This document shows, piece by piece, positions 22,667 to 35,400 of a DNA stretch of 64,000 nucleotides. Position 1 is the stretch's first letter. Every line of letters starts with the position of its first letter. Source of the stretch: Orbicella franksi. Taxonomy: Eukaryota. A program made the position numbers and the translations under genes. The notes below the pieces were generated by a model that was not told the origin of the DNA, made no database searches, and worked only from the letters and a program-made list of their open reading frames with translations. The stretch is from NCBI GenBank assembly GCA_964199315.1, contig OZ116709.1, positions 11,346,001 through 11,410,000 of the forward strand, read 5' to 3'.

Positions 22667-23037
22667 AATCATGATGCACTGAGCGTGCATCCACAGAAAA
22701 AGGAAAATACACGGACTCACATAAAACCTGCAAACAGAGTCTACATAACTTCCTGCAGTATAGAGCAGCCCTTAAAACATTGAATCAAAACTAGAGAATT
22801 TTGCGTCTTCTTCGAGAATCTTTTAAGGATACCGGTGATCGGAGGGATGGTCACTGATTGTATTTAAAGATCATGGGTGACCTGCCAGCTCAAAATGCTA
22901 AGACGAATCCACATCAGTTTTAAACATGTGTTAAACCTGTTTCAAAACATTACAGGATCCACTATACTGCATGGCTAGCGAGAAGAACAAGAATGATTAC
23001 AAACTCAAGCCTCGGCCGAGTCTCGTATTAGTAGTAC

Positions 23038-23398
23038 GGAGTTTAAGTAACCACGACGCGACACCGAGGACAACGTCGGTTAAGAGAAGGAATTTATATT
23101 TGACCTACGAATCTTGCGGTACTCTAAAGTCATTTACTTTGTTTATCACTGTCAAAACTATCACAAAACTATCACAAGTCTGGAACACAGCGATAAATTT
23201 GAAATAAAAATTTAAAAAATCAGCCGTTGTGGTTCATGTTCTCCAGACAAATCAGAATTTGGTCATTTCACGTTGTTGTTTTGCCGAGGATGGCAAAGAA
23301 ATGTACCAAGAATTATAACGCAAAGGCACAGGCATTGTTCTGCTATTTAAGCTTTTGTTTAGCAACGTTCCCGTTGCCGTCGTGGTTTCTTAAACTCC
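23038..23398. mobile_element. MITE between the convergent HAUS7 and AQP-A 3' ends
   Basis: TIR GGAGTTTAAGTAACCACGACG / CGTCGTGGTTTCTTAAACTCC (1 mismatch). Confidence 0.75.
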
Positions 23399-23791
23399 CT
23401 AGTGTGAACGTAAAACTCAGTGTATTTAGTGTAAATAAAATATTTGGTATTTATTTTTACATTGGACTGTTACAGTCCCTACAGCTAGTTATTGCAGTGG
23501 TAACATTTTGTGTATATTAGGCATAAATTATCAGTCTAGTTTTTGTATGCTTCATGTACGGACAATAATAACAGGTGTTTCTTCCAGCAGAAAAACGTTT
23601 ATTATTATCTCTTTGGTGTTTTTCTATCTTGGTAAACTATTATTTCCAGGTTTTCTTTGATTTAAAGGTAATTTTGGACATGGCCAAAATGACTCAAGAT
23701 GTCCTACAGTCTAGAATGGGGGACCGTTGAGTGATAGGAACTGTACTGATCATCTTTCCGTTACGTTGTGAGGAAGTTTCGCTTGCTCTGT

Positions 23792-26700
23792 TCAAGTTAC
23801 ATTTGGAACGACTTCGGTTTTGCTTGAAGAAAAGACGTGCTCGTACAGCAATGCAGCGATGATACCGCCTGGTATGGGTCCAACCCAGTAAACCTTAAAA
23901 AAACGGGGGAAAAGAAAAAAAAAAAAAAAAAGGCAGTGAAACGTTCATTATTCAAGAATGCGTCTTTGCACCTAAAATCGACTTCTTACAATGTTTCAAC
24001 AAGTTACCAGATAGCATTTCGCGAGCAAAATGAATCGGAAACCGGCTGATTGGTTTAAATTTTAAAAATTGGGATAAAAAGGTAAATCCAGCTTTCTTGG
24101 CTTAACACCAATTTCTGTAGCAAGAAGGGCGTAGGAATATTACTACCCCACTGGATGAGATGCTAGCTCTTTCTCTCGAGTTGCTTCAACGATTCACCTG
24201 TGCCCATATACACGCCAGGGTGGAGAGAGGCACTGTGAGAGTAAATTAGTGTCTTGCCTAAGAACGTAGAACAATGACCCCGGCAAGGACTTGAAACCTG
24301 ACCGATCGATCTGTAGTCTAAGTGCCCTAACTATTTTCTTGGCCACCTCGCTTCGCTCCCAGGGGTACGTGGACGTAAAACAGGTTCTCTCGCTTACCCA
24401 ATGATGTTTCCAAGAGTTCATGATCAGGGCGGGCCCGAATGACCGCGCGGGATTCATACTGCAGCCAGTGAAAGGAATCTTGGAATAAAAAAAAGAGTCG
24501 ATCGAAAATATTAGTCATCTTGCTACCGATTGCTAAATGTCCATGAACTGATTTTAAGGAGCTTCTTGCGCTCGTTCAATTTTAACAGAGGAATCCTAAC
24601 ATTCAGGCTAATTTCTGCATACCATGATTGGGAAGTTTGTATTCAATATAATGTACTGGTGGTTGTTTTTTTGTTTGCTTTTTCCTTTTTTTTTTTCTAA
24701 CAACGCGCGCTCTCATTGGCTACTTCGAGATCACCTAACTGTTTTCCGCCAAATGTTTCCCGAGCGGGCAACATTGCTAAATCTATGACGTCAGGGAGTA
24801 ACAGTGAACTGTTATCCGCGAATTTTGACCGACGACCACCATTGGACACCAATTCTTTAAATGTCTTCATTGTGCTGTGTAACAATATATACATTCGCGG
24901 GTAACACTGAGATTCTCGGAAAACAAAATTAACTGTTTCCCTCAGTACCAGTCTTTTTAAAGACTGGTACCGTTTTAAAAGACTAGTACTCTTTTTAAAG
25001 ACTGGTACTGTGTCAATGTTTGACATTTAAAAATGTTAAACATTGATACAGTGTGAGGTCCCTCATGTTGATAGCCTGCACACCTCAACCCTGAGTCGAG
25101 ACAAGTTTCTGCACGTACAACCAATGCCCTTCCTTCTAGGAGACAGCCGTCCAGCTATCTTAGTCCCGTGACTAAGATCTAGCGATCACAAATTTGTTCC
25201 AGCTCCTCTTTCCTCCCTTCCCCCGTCCCCTTACCTTCCCCCGTCCCCTTACCTTCCCCCGTCCCCTTACCTGCCCCCGTCCCCCTCCCTCCCCCGCAAA
25301 GTAGGTTGTTCCATTCGGTATATATTCCTTCCTTTTACTCATCAATTTCGACAATGAAGGAATCCTATTCGCGCAGTAAGCAGATTTGCGCACATTTGTG
25401 GAGGGAGAGAGAGAAGCTTCAATTACACCTTGGAATATTTTGGTTGCCTTGGTACAGTATTTCTAAGCTACTTTAACACACCTACCCCAACCATGTGACA
25501 GATGAACACACACAATCCTATGGACAGAGGTATTTCGTACCCTCGATGTTCCTTTCCAGGATCAGTCGCGGCAAAAATGGTGAAAATCAGCACAAACGTG
25601 AGAAGGAGCTCAATTCCAAAGGCCTGGGCACCATTTATCTCTTCCGCAGGTTTAGTCACTCCCAGGTCCCCGTGTAACCGAGGACTTGTCACGCCATACA
25701 AAAGCGCTGCTCCTAAAATTCCTGGTAACAAAAATACGTTTATTTCAAAGGTGGAGTTAGAAAGTGTAATTGTTTAATTGGCAGAATGTTAAACACAAAC
25801 AATGCTTAGTGAGTAGGTTCATTCCTTGGTTCGTTCGTTTCTTCGTTCGCTTCGTTGATTGTTCGTTCCTTCATTGGTTCCCTCGTTTGTTCACTCGTTC
25901 GTTCGTTTCTTGGTCGTTCGTTCTTTCGTTCGCTCCCTCGGTCGTTCGTTGGTTCGTTCGTTCCCTCGTTTGTTCACTCGTTCGTTCGTTCCTCGTTCGT
26001 TCGTTCGTTTCGTTCGTTCTTTCGTTCGCTTTTTCGGTCGCTCGTTGGTTCGTTGGTTCGTTCGTTCCCTCGCTCGTTCGTTCCTTCGTTCGCTCGCCCT
26101 CTCGTTTGTTCACTCGTTCGCCCATTTAATGATAATCTGTCTTTTACAGATCCGTATGACAGGGTAAACGTGAAGCAGTCAAAAATGTCATTCAGGTTTT
26201 CAGCCGCAAAGAACATATTTTTATCTTAACCACTCAGTGGCACGACCCTTTCAACTGTACAAACAGAACGTTTGGCAAATATGGAAGCCTCAGATATATA
26301 AAGTGTATTCCGGAAAAAAATATTTATTTTTCGTCGTTGCTGTTTGTTTTGAAAGACGGCACTGTGTATATAATTTTAGCTTGCGCTATTCGGTAGAATA
26401 CGTCTACTGGCAAGCTTTGTACATAAAGGAATCTTTTCCAAAAGCAATACCAGCCTTGAGTTGCTAGTTCACAATCCTCGATAGCAAATTGCACAGTAGA
26501 TTTGCGAAAGATACCATCCTGACAGGGTTTCAGACGCATTTCAATTGTGAAATTAAATCGCTTTTGTGAACATGTGCTTTTGCTCTGCCTCTATATATAA
26601 CTACAATCTTAAATTTTCTGTCGGTCCAAGATATTGTAAAGTTAAGAACCAATGTCAAAAAACTGTTGTAAACTGATGGGGCACTTGAAAAGTGGAACCC

Positions 26701-29441
26701 ATTCTAAGAGTTCAGTTTCCTTGTAAACAGCTATTTTCCTGTAAAAGAAATATTTTGTCAAGTTAGTGTCGCTAGGTTACAAGCCTTTATAGGTAGTTCT
26801 AAGTGAATTTTGTATAGAATTTCAAATCTGTGCAAAAACTTAATTTGCAGTAAGCTAGGCGCGAATTTCTGGGAAACAAGATTTTAAGGTAACGTTGGGT
26901 ACAAGGGTCACCTTTATGTACGAATTTAAAATTACAAACTTGGATTCAAAATTAAATTTATTTTCCACTATTTCCTCGAAATTTTGCACTGAATGAAACT
27001 GTCGCACAATATTCGCTCTCCTGGTAACAGAGCTCACAATTTCTTTCTTTCTTTATCCTTTCTATCTTTGTTTCCACGACATTTCAAATGTAACCGAACT
27101 GTCGAACAATATTCGTTTTCATGGTAACGTAGCTCAAAATATCTTTCTTTGTCGCGCAAAAAGTTAACCATATACTTGCTTCCTTTAAATCTGTTTTTTA
27201 GTGTAGTTTATTTACTTGCGTTCGGTGTACTATTTCACCGGTTAGGGCGGGATTCATTATCGGGAGTCCTCAGATTTTTTCTTAATATGTACACTCTGCC
27301 CCCACAAGAATATATTTTATAAGAATATCGAGGCTGAAATTTTCAAAATTTTAAGAATATTTTAAGAATAAACCCGAGGCTGAGATTTTGAAGAGAATAG
27401 AATTTTTGTGTTGAAAACGTTGTAAATACAATACAATTATATATTTTTAACTAAGCCGCGTAAAATTCTTCCTTTCTCTAAATGGCAAAACTAGCCCAAA
27501 ATACAACAAAAACAGCACTAGCTGTATGTTTGATGCTAATAATATTTCTCAAAGAAGTTACGTGTGCCATATACCAGGCTTCAATCTAAGAATATTCACA
27601 AGAATATTTTCAGCCTAAAATCGGCAGAAAAAATATTCAGCTCGGACCGGGAAAACAATATTCTTCATAAGAAAAAAAAGTTCAAGTCAACTTTGGCAAA
27701 AAAAAATTGATGGAAAGCAGAAATTTATTTTAATAAACGTTCCGAGGACCGCTATAGGGAATCTTGATAATTATCACAGACTTTAATTTAATAAAAATCA
27801 AGTGTGCTTTTTGGCCAACGCCGAGCGTAAACTAAAATGAAGCGTAAACTAAAATGGAAACATGCAATGACAAGTGACACGTACGGATGTGTTTGGTTAC
27901 CGAACAGATAAGGTTTTTGTTTTTTTGTGCCGGCTTATCACAGATGCCAGCTTTATCAAGAACATCGCCAGTGAATGCATGCGGAGTTTAAACAAAAGTG
28001 CTGTGGCGCTTCCTATTACGTTTTTGCGAGACAAAATAAAATTTAAGATTGCATGATTAAAGAAGAATAAATTTCGAGAAAAAAAAAACTGAATATCGTA
28101 CGTACATAAAACACTGCGTACATTCTGTCTTCTTCGTAAGGTTTACACCGGTTTTGTAGCTAATTTAATTTTTTTTTTTTTTTTCAGCAAATGCAAAGCT
28201 TAAAATACACGGTAAATTGTAATTACACCTCGGAAACTACAATTAATGGTATGGAAATTTCCCTGTATCACTTTCTTTTTGCTACGCTAAGAAATATAAA
28301 CCGGAGATGAAAAAAAACAAAAACCAGTGTCCGCATCTTCTAGTTGCATGTTTGCAGCTTACCCTAAAACAACCACTCCGAAAGATTTGAAATATATGTC
28401 TTCCTATGACTTCCTTTTAGTGTTTACGAGTTTTTTTGACTGCCTTCACCTGTTTACCGCTAGTCAATGACAAATTACAATTGTAAAGAAGTATTCTTGT
28501 GAACTTTTCATTTGCGAATTTAAGTTGGGTTGAATAATGAACAACTTCGGTCTTTGGAATAGAAGTATAACTGTCACAGTGATTTTATTCCTTTGTCGCT
28601 TTTAACTGATAACACGTTCATGTTTATTTTCTATTTTTCAGGCCCTCACAGGCTGAAGACGAAAGTTTGCGCAGTCAAACGATTTTATTTGAATTCGCCT
28701 GACTAAGTGACGTATTCCTTAAGCGAAACGTATTCTTTACGCTTTGAATTCATTAATTTCATCATTTAATTGCCGTCCAAAATAAAACCCATTACAAGAA
28801 CCGACCATAAAATAAAAACTTATGGTTAAGAACAAGCTTTTTTGCACATATCGGGAAAAATAAAGACAATTTCTTGCTTAAAGATTTCTAGGACCAGTGA
28901 ACTAAACAGGGAAACCCGTTTGTCGTAATTTTCTCATTTAGAAGTCACCATTAAATATAAGATACATATACCTGAATGCGCATGAAAAACGTGAATGCAC
29001 GTTTAAAATGTACTAGAAAGTTCTTCAAACGCAGTGCGGTTTATTTGGATGTTAATTGGTCCCCTCGTTTCTCGCGAGCGAAATTGTTGAAAAATATCCA
29101 TCATGGTGTAGGATATTTCCCTATGTGCACCTAATTTATCTACCTCCAAGGAGCTGCGCCAGCGTATAAAACACCCCTTCTAGGATCGAGATTTTCCGTG
29201 CTGCCATCAACGCAACGCTCACAACAGGGTTTATGAGGCCTCCGCTCAGGTGCCCGATCGTCATGGCTAATGTGGCGATGCTAAGTCCTGCAGTGACGGA
29301 GACGTGTAGGACAATGTCAGAGCTGCTGTACCGGTTTAACTTTGACCCACAAACCAGAAAAACAACCATCGTTGTCGCAAAAAATTCTCCTCCGGCACAA
29401 ATCCAAAATTTGCGCTTTCGGAGCGCAGTCGCGTCCGGCAT
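23792..29441 (-). CDS. AQP: Aquaporin AQP-A (238 aa; NPV/NPA; ar/R A-H-C-R)
   Basis: Exons 29441-29144, 25721-25486, 24478-24398 and 23893-23792, all GT-AG and in phase. Motifs GLSIATLA...[36 protein letters not shown] and VYWVGP. Confidence 0.93.
25217..25288. repeat. 18-bp tandem repeat x4 (CTTCCCCCGTCCCCTTAC)
   Basis: Three perfect copies and one diverged copy in AQP-A intron 2. Confidence 0.85.
25825..26120. repeat. Complex (TCGT)n tetranucleotide microsatellite in AQP-A intron 1
   Basis: Dense TTCG/TCGT units, with TCGTTTGTTCACTCGTTCG recurring three times. Confidence 0.9.
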
Positions 29442-29940
29442 GTTTGAACTGCTAATGCCAGTCGATTGTTCAGCTTCAAAATGTCTTAGCTCACACAGCG
29501 CGCATCATTTATGTTGATTCTTAACATGATTTTGATGCATGGTCGTCAAACAAAATTGTTCGCTGCGCGCGACTATTGGCTTGGTAGCAATTTAAGTTTC
29601 TATTTTTGTTATGGAGATCGCTTCCTGCCCTTAACATCATGTTTTGCCCAGAAAATGGCTCGCAGTCTGAATATTTTCAATACATCTTTGTCAGATGCGC
29701 GTGTTTGATTTGTTATTATTTGTTTCCGTCACTGCAAAGTCAATCAAACTCTGCGATATGACCAAGAACTTGTACGTAGTGATGTTTTTCTAAACATTTG
29801 ACGGATGTTTAAATACTTTTTATGATGTTTTTAGTAAATTTGGGTTTGCGATATAACAATTTGCTATGGCAACAATGTTCACCATGTGTAAGGACCATGC
29901 GAATTCACAACTGCTTTAAATGACTTCAATAGGGAAATAG

Positions 29941-30456
29941 TAGGCCTTTCCACAAATACCCGGATTTTTTTTTTTTTTTTGAGATATTTAGAAGTTTCCG
30001 AGATATTTAGGTAATATTTAGATATTTAGAAAGTCTGGGGATATTTAGAAATGGTCACAGCTCCTTTTGGCTGAGCCCTGTGTTTTCCTCTCTATTTTCT
30101 TGAAACAATTCTTATTGTTATGCCAGAAACAAGACATTTTAGCGATTTCCCACTTGAAAAATATATTCGATATCACTTAAAGCAGTAAAGCAACAATTTT
30201 TAAAAATGGTGGATGCTGGTTACATCGATGCGCCAGAATCTTCTTCCTCTACTGCTTCTGCAAGAAAATTTTGAAAAATTCGAAACATTTATATTTGGCC
30301 TAAGTGATTCAAAATCGGTTTATTTTTAAATCACAGATAAGAGATATTTCGAGGGTTTTTCTAGATATTTAGAACCGTTTAGCGATATTAAAAAAAATTG
30401 AGAATGTCCTGGAAAGATATTAAGGCGATTTTACGTGATATTTGTGGAAAGGCCTA
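29941..30456. mobile_element. hAT-like MITE 500 bp upstream of the AQP-A start codon
   Basis: Perfect 18-bp TIR TAGGCCTTTCCACAAATA. 8-bp TSD GGAAATAG / GGAAATAA. Many subterminal GATATTTAG repeats. Confidence 0.8.
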
Positions 30457-30996
30457 GGAAATAAAATACAGCTGTGGATTGTTTGACAAAATTATTCGCT
30501 TTGCGGGAGGTATAGTTGTAGTTTTATATTTTTTCTTGTTTTTAAAACACCTCGGTTGCATTGTCTTTCTGTAAGCCTTGTTTGTTAATGCATTCTAGTT
30601 AATGGAGGCTTCACCAAGTTAATGTCGTTAGTATAATTCCGACAAACTCGCCGCATTCTATGCCGCAAATTGTCGAATCTGATTAGCTCTCCATTGGTGG
30701 CTATTCACTCCTTTGTCTATAAATCGAGAAGCCCTACATAAAACGACCGTTTGTGGAGCAACTTTAAAACAAAAGGTAAAAAATTACATCGACTTCTAGA
30801 CAGGTTGCAGTTGCAAGCTACTAAAAGACAATAGGTGTTAAGCACCGACGTTCAAATGTAATTAAATTTCTTTGAAATAGGATAAACTGTAGAGAGGAAT
30901 TAAAAATAGCTGATACCCACCATCAAGCAGTGTACTTCTTTACAAAAGCTATAGGGTGAACAAATATAGACGCAAACAAAGAAAGATTTTGAGACA

Positions 30997-31100
30997 AACG
31001 AACGAACGAACGAATGGGCGAATGTATGAGCGAACTAACGAACGAACGAACTAATCAACTAACCAACTCGCGGTGAGAGAGCATAAGAACGAACGCAAAA
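30997..31100. repeat. (ACGA)n microsatellite abutting the assembly gap
   Basis: AACGAACGAACGAACG... up to the N run. Confidence 0.75.
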
Positions 31101-31265
31101 NNNNNNNNNNNNNNNNNNNNNNNNNNNNNNNNNNNNNNNNNNNNNNNNNNNNNNNNNNNNNNNNNNNNNNNNNNNNNNNNNNNNNNNNNNNNNNNNNNNN
31201 NNNNNNNNNNNNNNNNNNNNNNNNNNNNNNNNNNNNNNNNNNNNNNNNNNNNNNNNNNNNNNNNN
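31101..31265. other. Assembly gap (165 N)
   Basis: Run of N characters. Confidence 1.
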
Positions 31266-32434
31266 TCTGCAGCAGGTCTATAAGGACGTGAGTACGCGGA
31301 CTGAAAATTGGACAAGGTCAGAGGTCCCGATTCCTGGTGCTGATCGAAAGGATCGCGGATTCCGTGAAGGAGATTTAGAGACAACGAAGGATGGGGAAGA
31401 TAACGCCGGCAAGCACATGCGTGACAAGTGGAAGCCGCTGATTAGATTTTGCGATTGGAAGTCCATAAATAAAAAACACTACGACGATAACACACAAATG
31501 TGATTAAAGTTTTAATTCTTCACGCCATCCGTTTGTCAGTATTGTAAATATTAGTATATTAAATATGCGCAATTTACCAAATGGAAGATGGTTTTCCATG
31601 TTGTTTAACTCGAAAGAGAATATTGAACGCTTGAGGTCTAGAAAAACTCCTAATGGACACGTGAATGGAACGCAAGTGCGTTCAAAAATTTTTCTAGACC
31701 TCAAAAGTGCATTATCCTCTTTTAGAAACGTTGCATAAAAAAGCAAAAATATTTACATCTAAGAAGAGGCGGTAATTGCGTTGGCAACACAAAATCCGGA
31801 AGAAAACTGCTTTAAAATTTCCAGCCCTGCATTTATAAAAAAGAAATGGCGAATATGCAACAGCTGTATTCTAAAGGCTTCATAGTTCAGTTTTGCTTGG
31901 TTACAATCCAGTTGAAGACTCGTAGTTTTCAGGGATTTCTTTTTAACTTCCGTCTACATTGTGTAACTTATTTACAATCGAGAGGTTTATTTCAAGTCAA
32001 CTAAAAATTCATACAGAACTATCAGTGTAGAGACTGTTTCTACTTTGCGAATCACTCTTGAGAAACAATGCCAGGGCAACCATACTCTCAACAACTTGAG
32101 GCCATGTTCGTGTTCTCGCCGTAGTGGACTGGAACCAGCTTGCAATGGAGGCTTATGCGGGGGAATATTATTAAACGAAGATTAAAGTCATTTGCATTTG
32201 AAAAGATTCCCCGCCGGCATTAGCCTCAGTTGCAAGTTAGTTCCAGTCCTATACCGAGAATACGAATATGGCCTATTCCATGCTACGAAGTTTTCGTCTA
32301 CACCAAACGAACCCAGAAATCCTTGCAAGCTAACCCGTGTCCAGTCTCCCAAAAGTTTCTATATACTGAGTCTCTTTCTTCCGCTGTATACTACAAACAG
32401 TTCTGTTTTGAATTTCAAACATGTATTAAAACTA

Positions 32435-35400
32435 TTAAAAATTGGAGACAATGAACTTTGATGTATCATTCTGGTCCGTCATTTCCACAGTGTAGGTGTT
32501 ACCATTTTGTAGTGTATCAGTCTGCTTCTTTCCTTGCCCTGCAAATAACAGCTGGTAAGTGCACGTCGCCATCAGGCCGCCAGCCGTAGGAGCAATCCAG
32601 TATATCTGTTATTGAGAGAGAAAAATGAGTAGATCGTGTTAAATCACGTCCGTAAGTTTCTTCTACACCACGAGACCTAGATTGTGAAACATCGTTTTTA
32701 CGGCACTGTACTCCAATTTTTTTTGCCTCTAGCTTGAGTTACTGACTGACTGTAATATTTTTTGTCGTAGTCTCATAAGCCTGCATGTTCCAGACCACTA
32801 ATATTTTCCATTGAAAAATTTGTAACGGTCACTTTTGAATATGTATGTTGACTAGCATACAAAACGTCAAGTTCTGATTAAAATGAGCTCGAATACAATG
32901 TTTATCACCGTTGTTTGTATTATATTTTTTATCAAACTACGATGGCCTAAGAATAAGAGTTTATACGATACCGCATGTACCATCACTTCTTTGCACAGAT
33001 ATCTTACCATCGACAAAACTAATCCTTGTCTTGCAGTATTCTACGAGCACTTGATATCTGTGTTCTAACATCGTAAACCGACGCTCTATTCTACGCCAGG
33101 GATAAAACATTTGCCTTGGCGAAGCTTTCGTAGAATATCCAAAGTTGTTTTCGTGTCGCCACTGAGACGTTTTGTATCGGTATGAGTCGCTGAGCTCCAT
33201 AAAAGTATGAGACTAAATAATACTAGTGTATCTTGAATTTACTTAGTTTGGCCTCCTTTTCCAAAAAAGGTATGAAAATTCCCCCTATAAATCGTTAATA
33301 GAAACCTCTTTCAAAAGGCCAGCACGTGCCCAAAATATAACAAAAGAATACACATTCAGAAAACGATAGATTCGATAAAAGAATACCGTAAAAGACATTA
33401 GCACTAGGGTAGAAAATACCCTTGTTTGGACACGCAAATTTTGCTACCACATCATCCACAACCTGTTTTCTTACCCAATGGTCTTTCCACGAGTTCATAA
33501 TGACAGCAGGGCCGAGAGAACGAGCAGGGTTTAGGCTGGCCCCAGAAGATGGGATCTGCAATGGAAATAAATTAACAAATTCACGTCAGTTTTTTATGCG
33601 TCTGGCCTCTTATTGATGATAAATTGCGTCATAACATTGTCAAAGTGGCTGTGGAACCACGAGCAGGAGGCAAGTGGTTCCGCAGTAAACTGGTCAAGAC
33701 CCAAAACTGGTCAAATGCTGGGAATGATTGAGGGGAAAAGACGCCGTAAACTTGCCATAAACAAAGATAAGTGAATTTTATTAAAAATGTCGCGAACATT
33801 GTCAATAGCTTCTCTCATTTTTTGATTGGCTACTTAAAAAAGTCCATAAAATCTCATTGGTTAAAAAGTTGACAGTTTAACAGCTAAAAGTCAAACTTAA
33901 ATCTTGCATAAAGTAAAATTTTATTCGTCTGTACTCTTATTTATGATTAAAATGAGCCAATCACCCGCGCGAGAAATTAGGCAGTTACGGTATTGTAAAA
34001 AGAATAGTTCACAGATTCGCACATATGACTTTGCCTTTTTCCTTGCCTTCTCGTTGGAAAATGGTCCTTATATTTGTAAAGCGTTATGAAATTTCTTGTT
34101 TTAATTGCCGCTCTGAACTCAAACAAGGCATGCTATCTACATACTAATGTTTAGTTCCTACCCCATGCATGAGACAGATGAACACAGTAATTCCAATGGC
34201 CAGCGGTACCCCATAACCTGTCATGCCCCTGCTTGGGTCGGTGACCGCGAAAATCGCGAAAACCAAAATGTAAGTGAGGACTAGCTCCGTCACAAACGCC
34301 TGCGCAGTGGTGACGTCATTGGCGGGTGCTGTAACTCCTAAAGCGCCAACAGATTGGCTTGGAGTGATGCCGTAAACAATGGCTGCCCCACAGATGGCTG
34401 AAAAGGAAACAAAACATGAGCAAATTTTGTCTTTAGAGTTGAGCTTGTAGGGCAAGTCTACATACGAGCCAAGTGGCCCATCAGGCCGGCGCTTATCACC
34501 GATTTCTGTAGCATGAAGCGACTAGGACTATTTCTACTCCCCCCTGGATGGGATGCTGGTCCATCACAGGGTTACCCCCAGCATTAAACTCATTTATACA
34601 CCCGCATGGGTGGAGACAGGCTCTGTGAGAGCTACCTGTCTTGCCACCGCGCCTTCCACAGCAAAAGGTATACTCCCTTGAAAAAGAGTCATGTTAACAG
34701 TTGCGCAGCTCGGAATCTTAACATTTAATATATATCTTTGTAGTATAAGACTTGATATAAAGCTTGGCTTACCAGATCCATACCACCATTCCAAAATTTC
34801 CTTACTCTAGTATAGAGAAAGGAGAACGAATGGGAAGCGGGTTGCACGTGAGAATGCTGCCTACCAAATTGACCCATCAAAGGGCGAATATTACAAGAGA
34901 GATCATAATAGTTGATGTTGCTTGTAAGGCGTAATGGAGGAAAATGACGGTCATGTATTTTCCTCGGAAACATTCCCCGCAATAACAGATAACAACATTA
35001 GACAGTTCTTCCTGGATGCTCTCTGTCGTTTCTCTGTACATTCATGTTTTCATTTACAGTCTTGTCTGAATTTAATACCTTCTTTTGGCCGAGAGGTTAG
35101 ATAATTTAAGTAACTACTGTTTCCATGGTTTTCCCTTATATGAGATCAATCTTTAACGTTAGCGTGTTTGGTAAAAAAAAAAAAAAAAACAGGGAAAAAG
35201 AATGTACATTAAAAGAGTTAAAAAAAGACAATCTGATTGTTTTCTTTCAAAAATAACACTAATTGAGAATAAGGCTGATTGTCTAAAAATAGAGTTAGCC
35301 ACAAACTTAACTTCTATTTTCTTGTACACGTATTTCTAGTTTTAAGACAGCTTTTAATCTACTAATTTCTTCATGGGACTTCTTAAAACCAGTTATATCA

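Noticed and set aside
25770-26229. Several 80-124-aa ORFs rich in R/S/F/V or E/R/T/N
   Set aside because: Translations of the (TCGT)n microsatellite.
31055-31503. ORFs spanning or abutting the N gap
   Set aside because: Artefacts of N translation; the right flank looks like an interspersed repeat.
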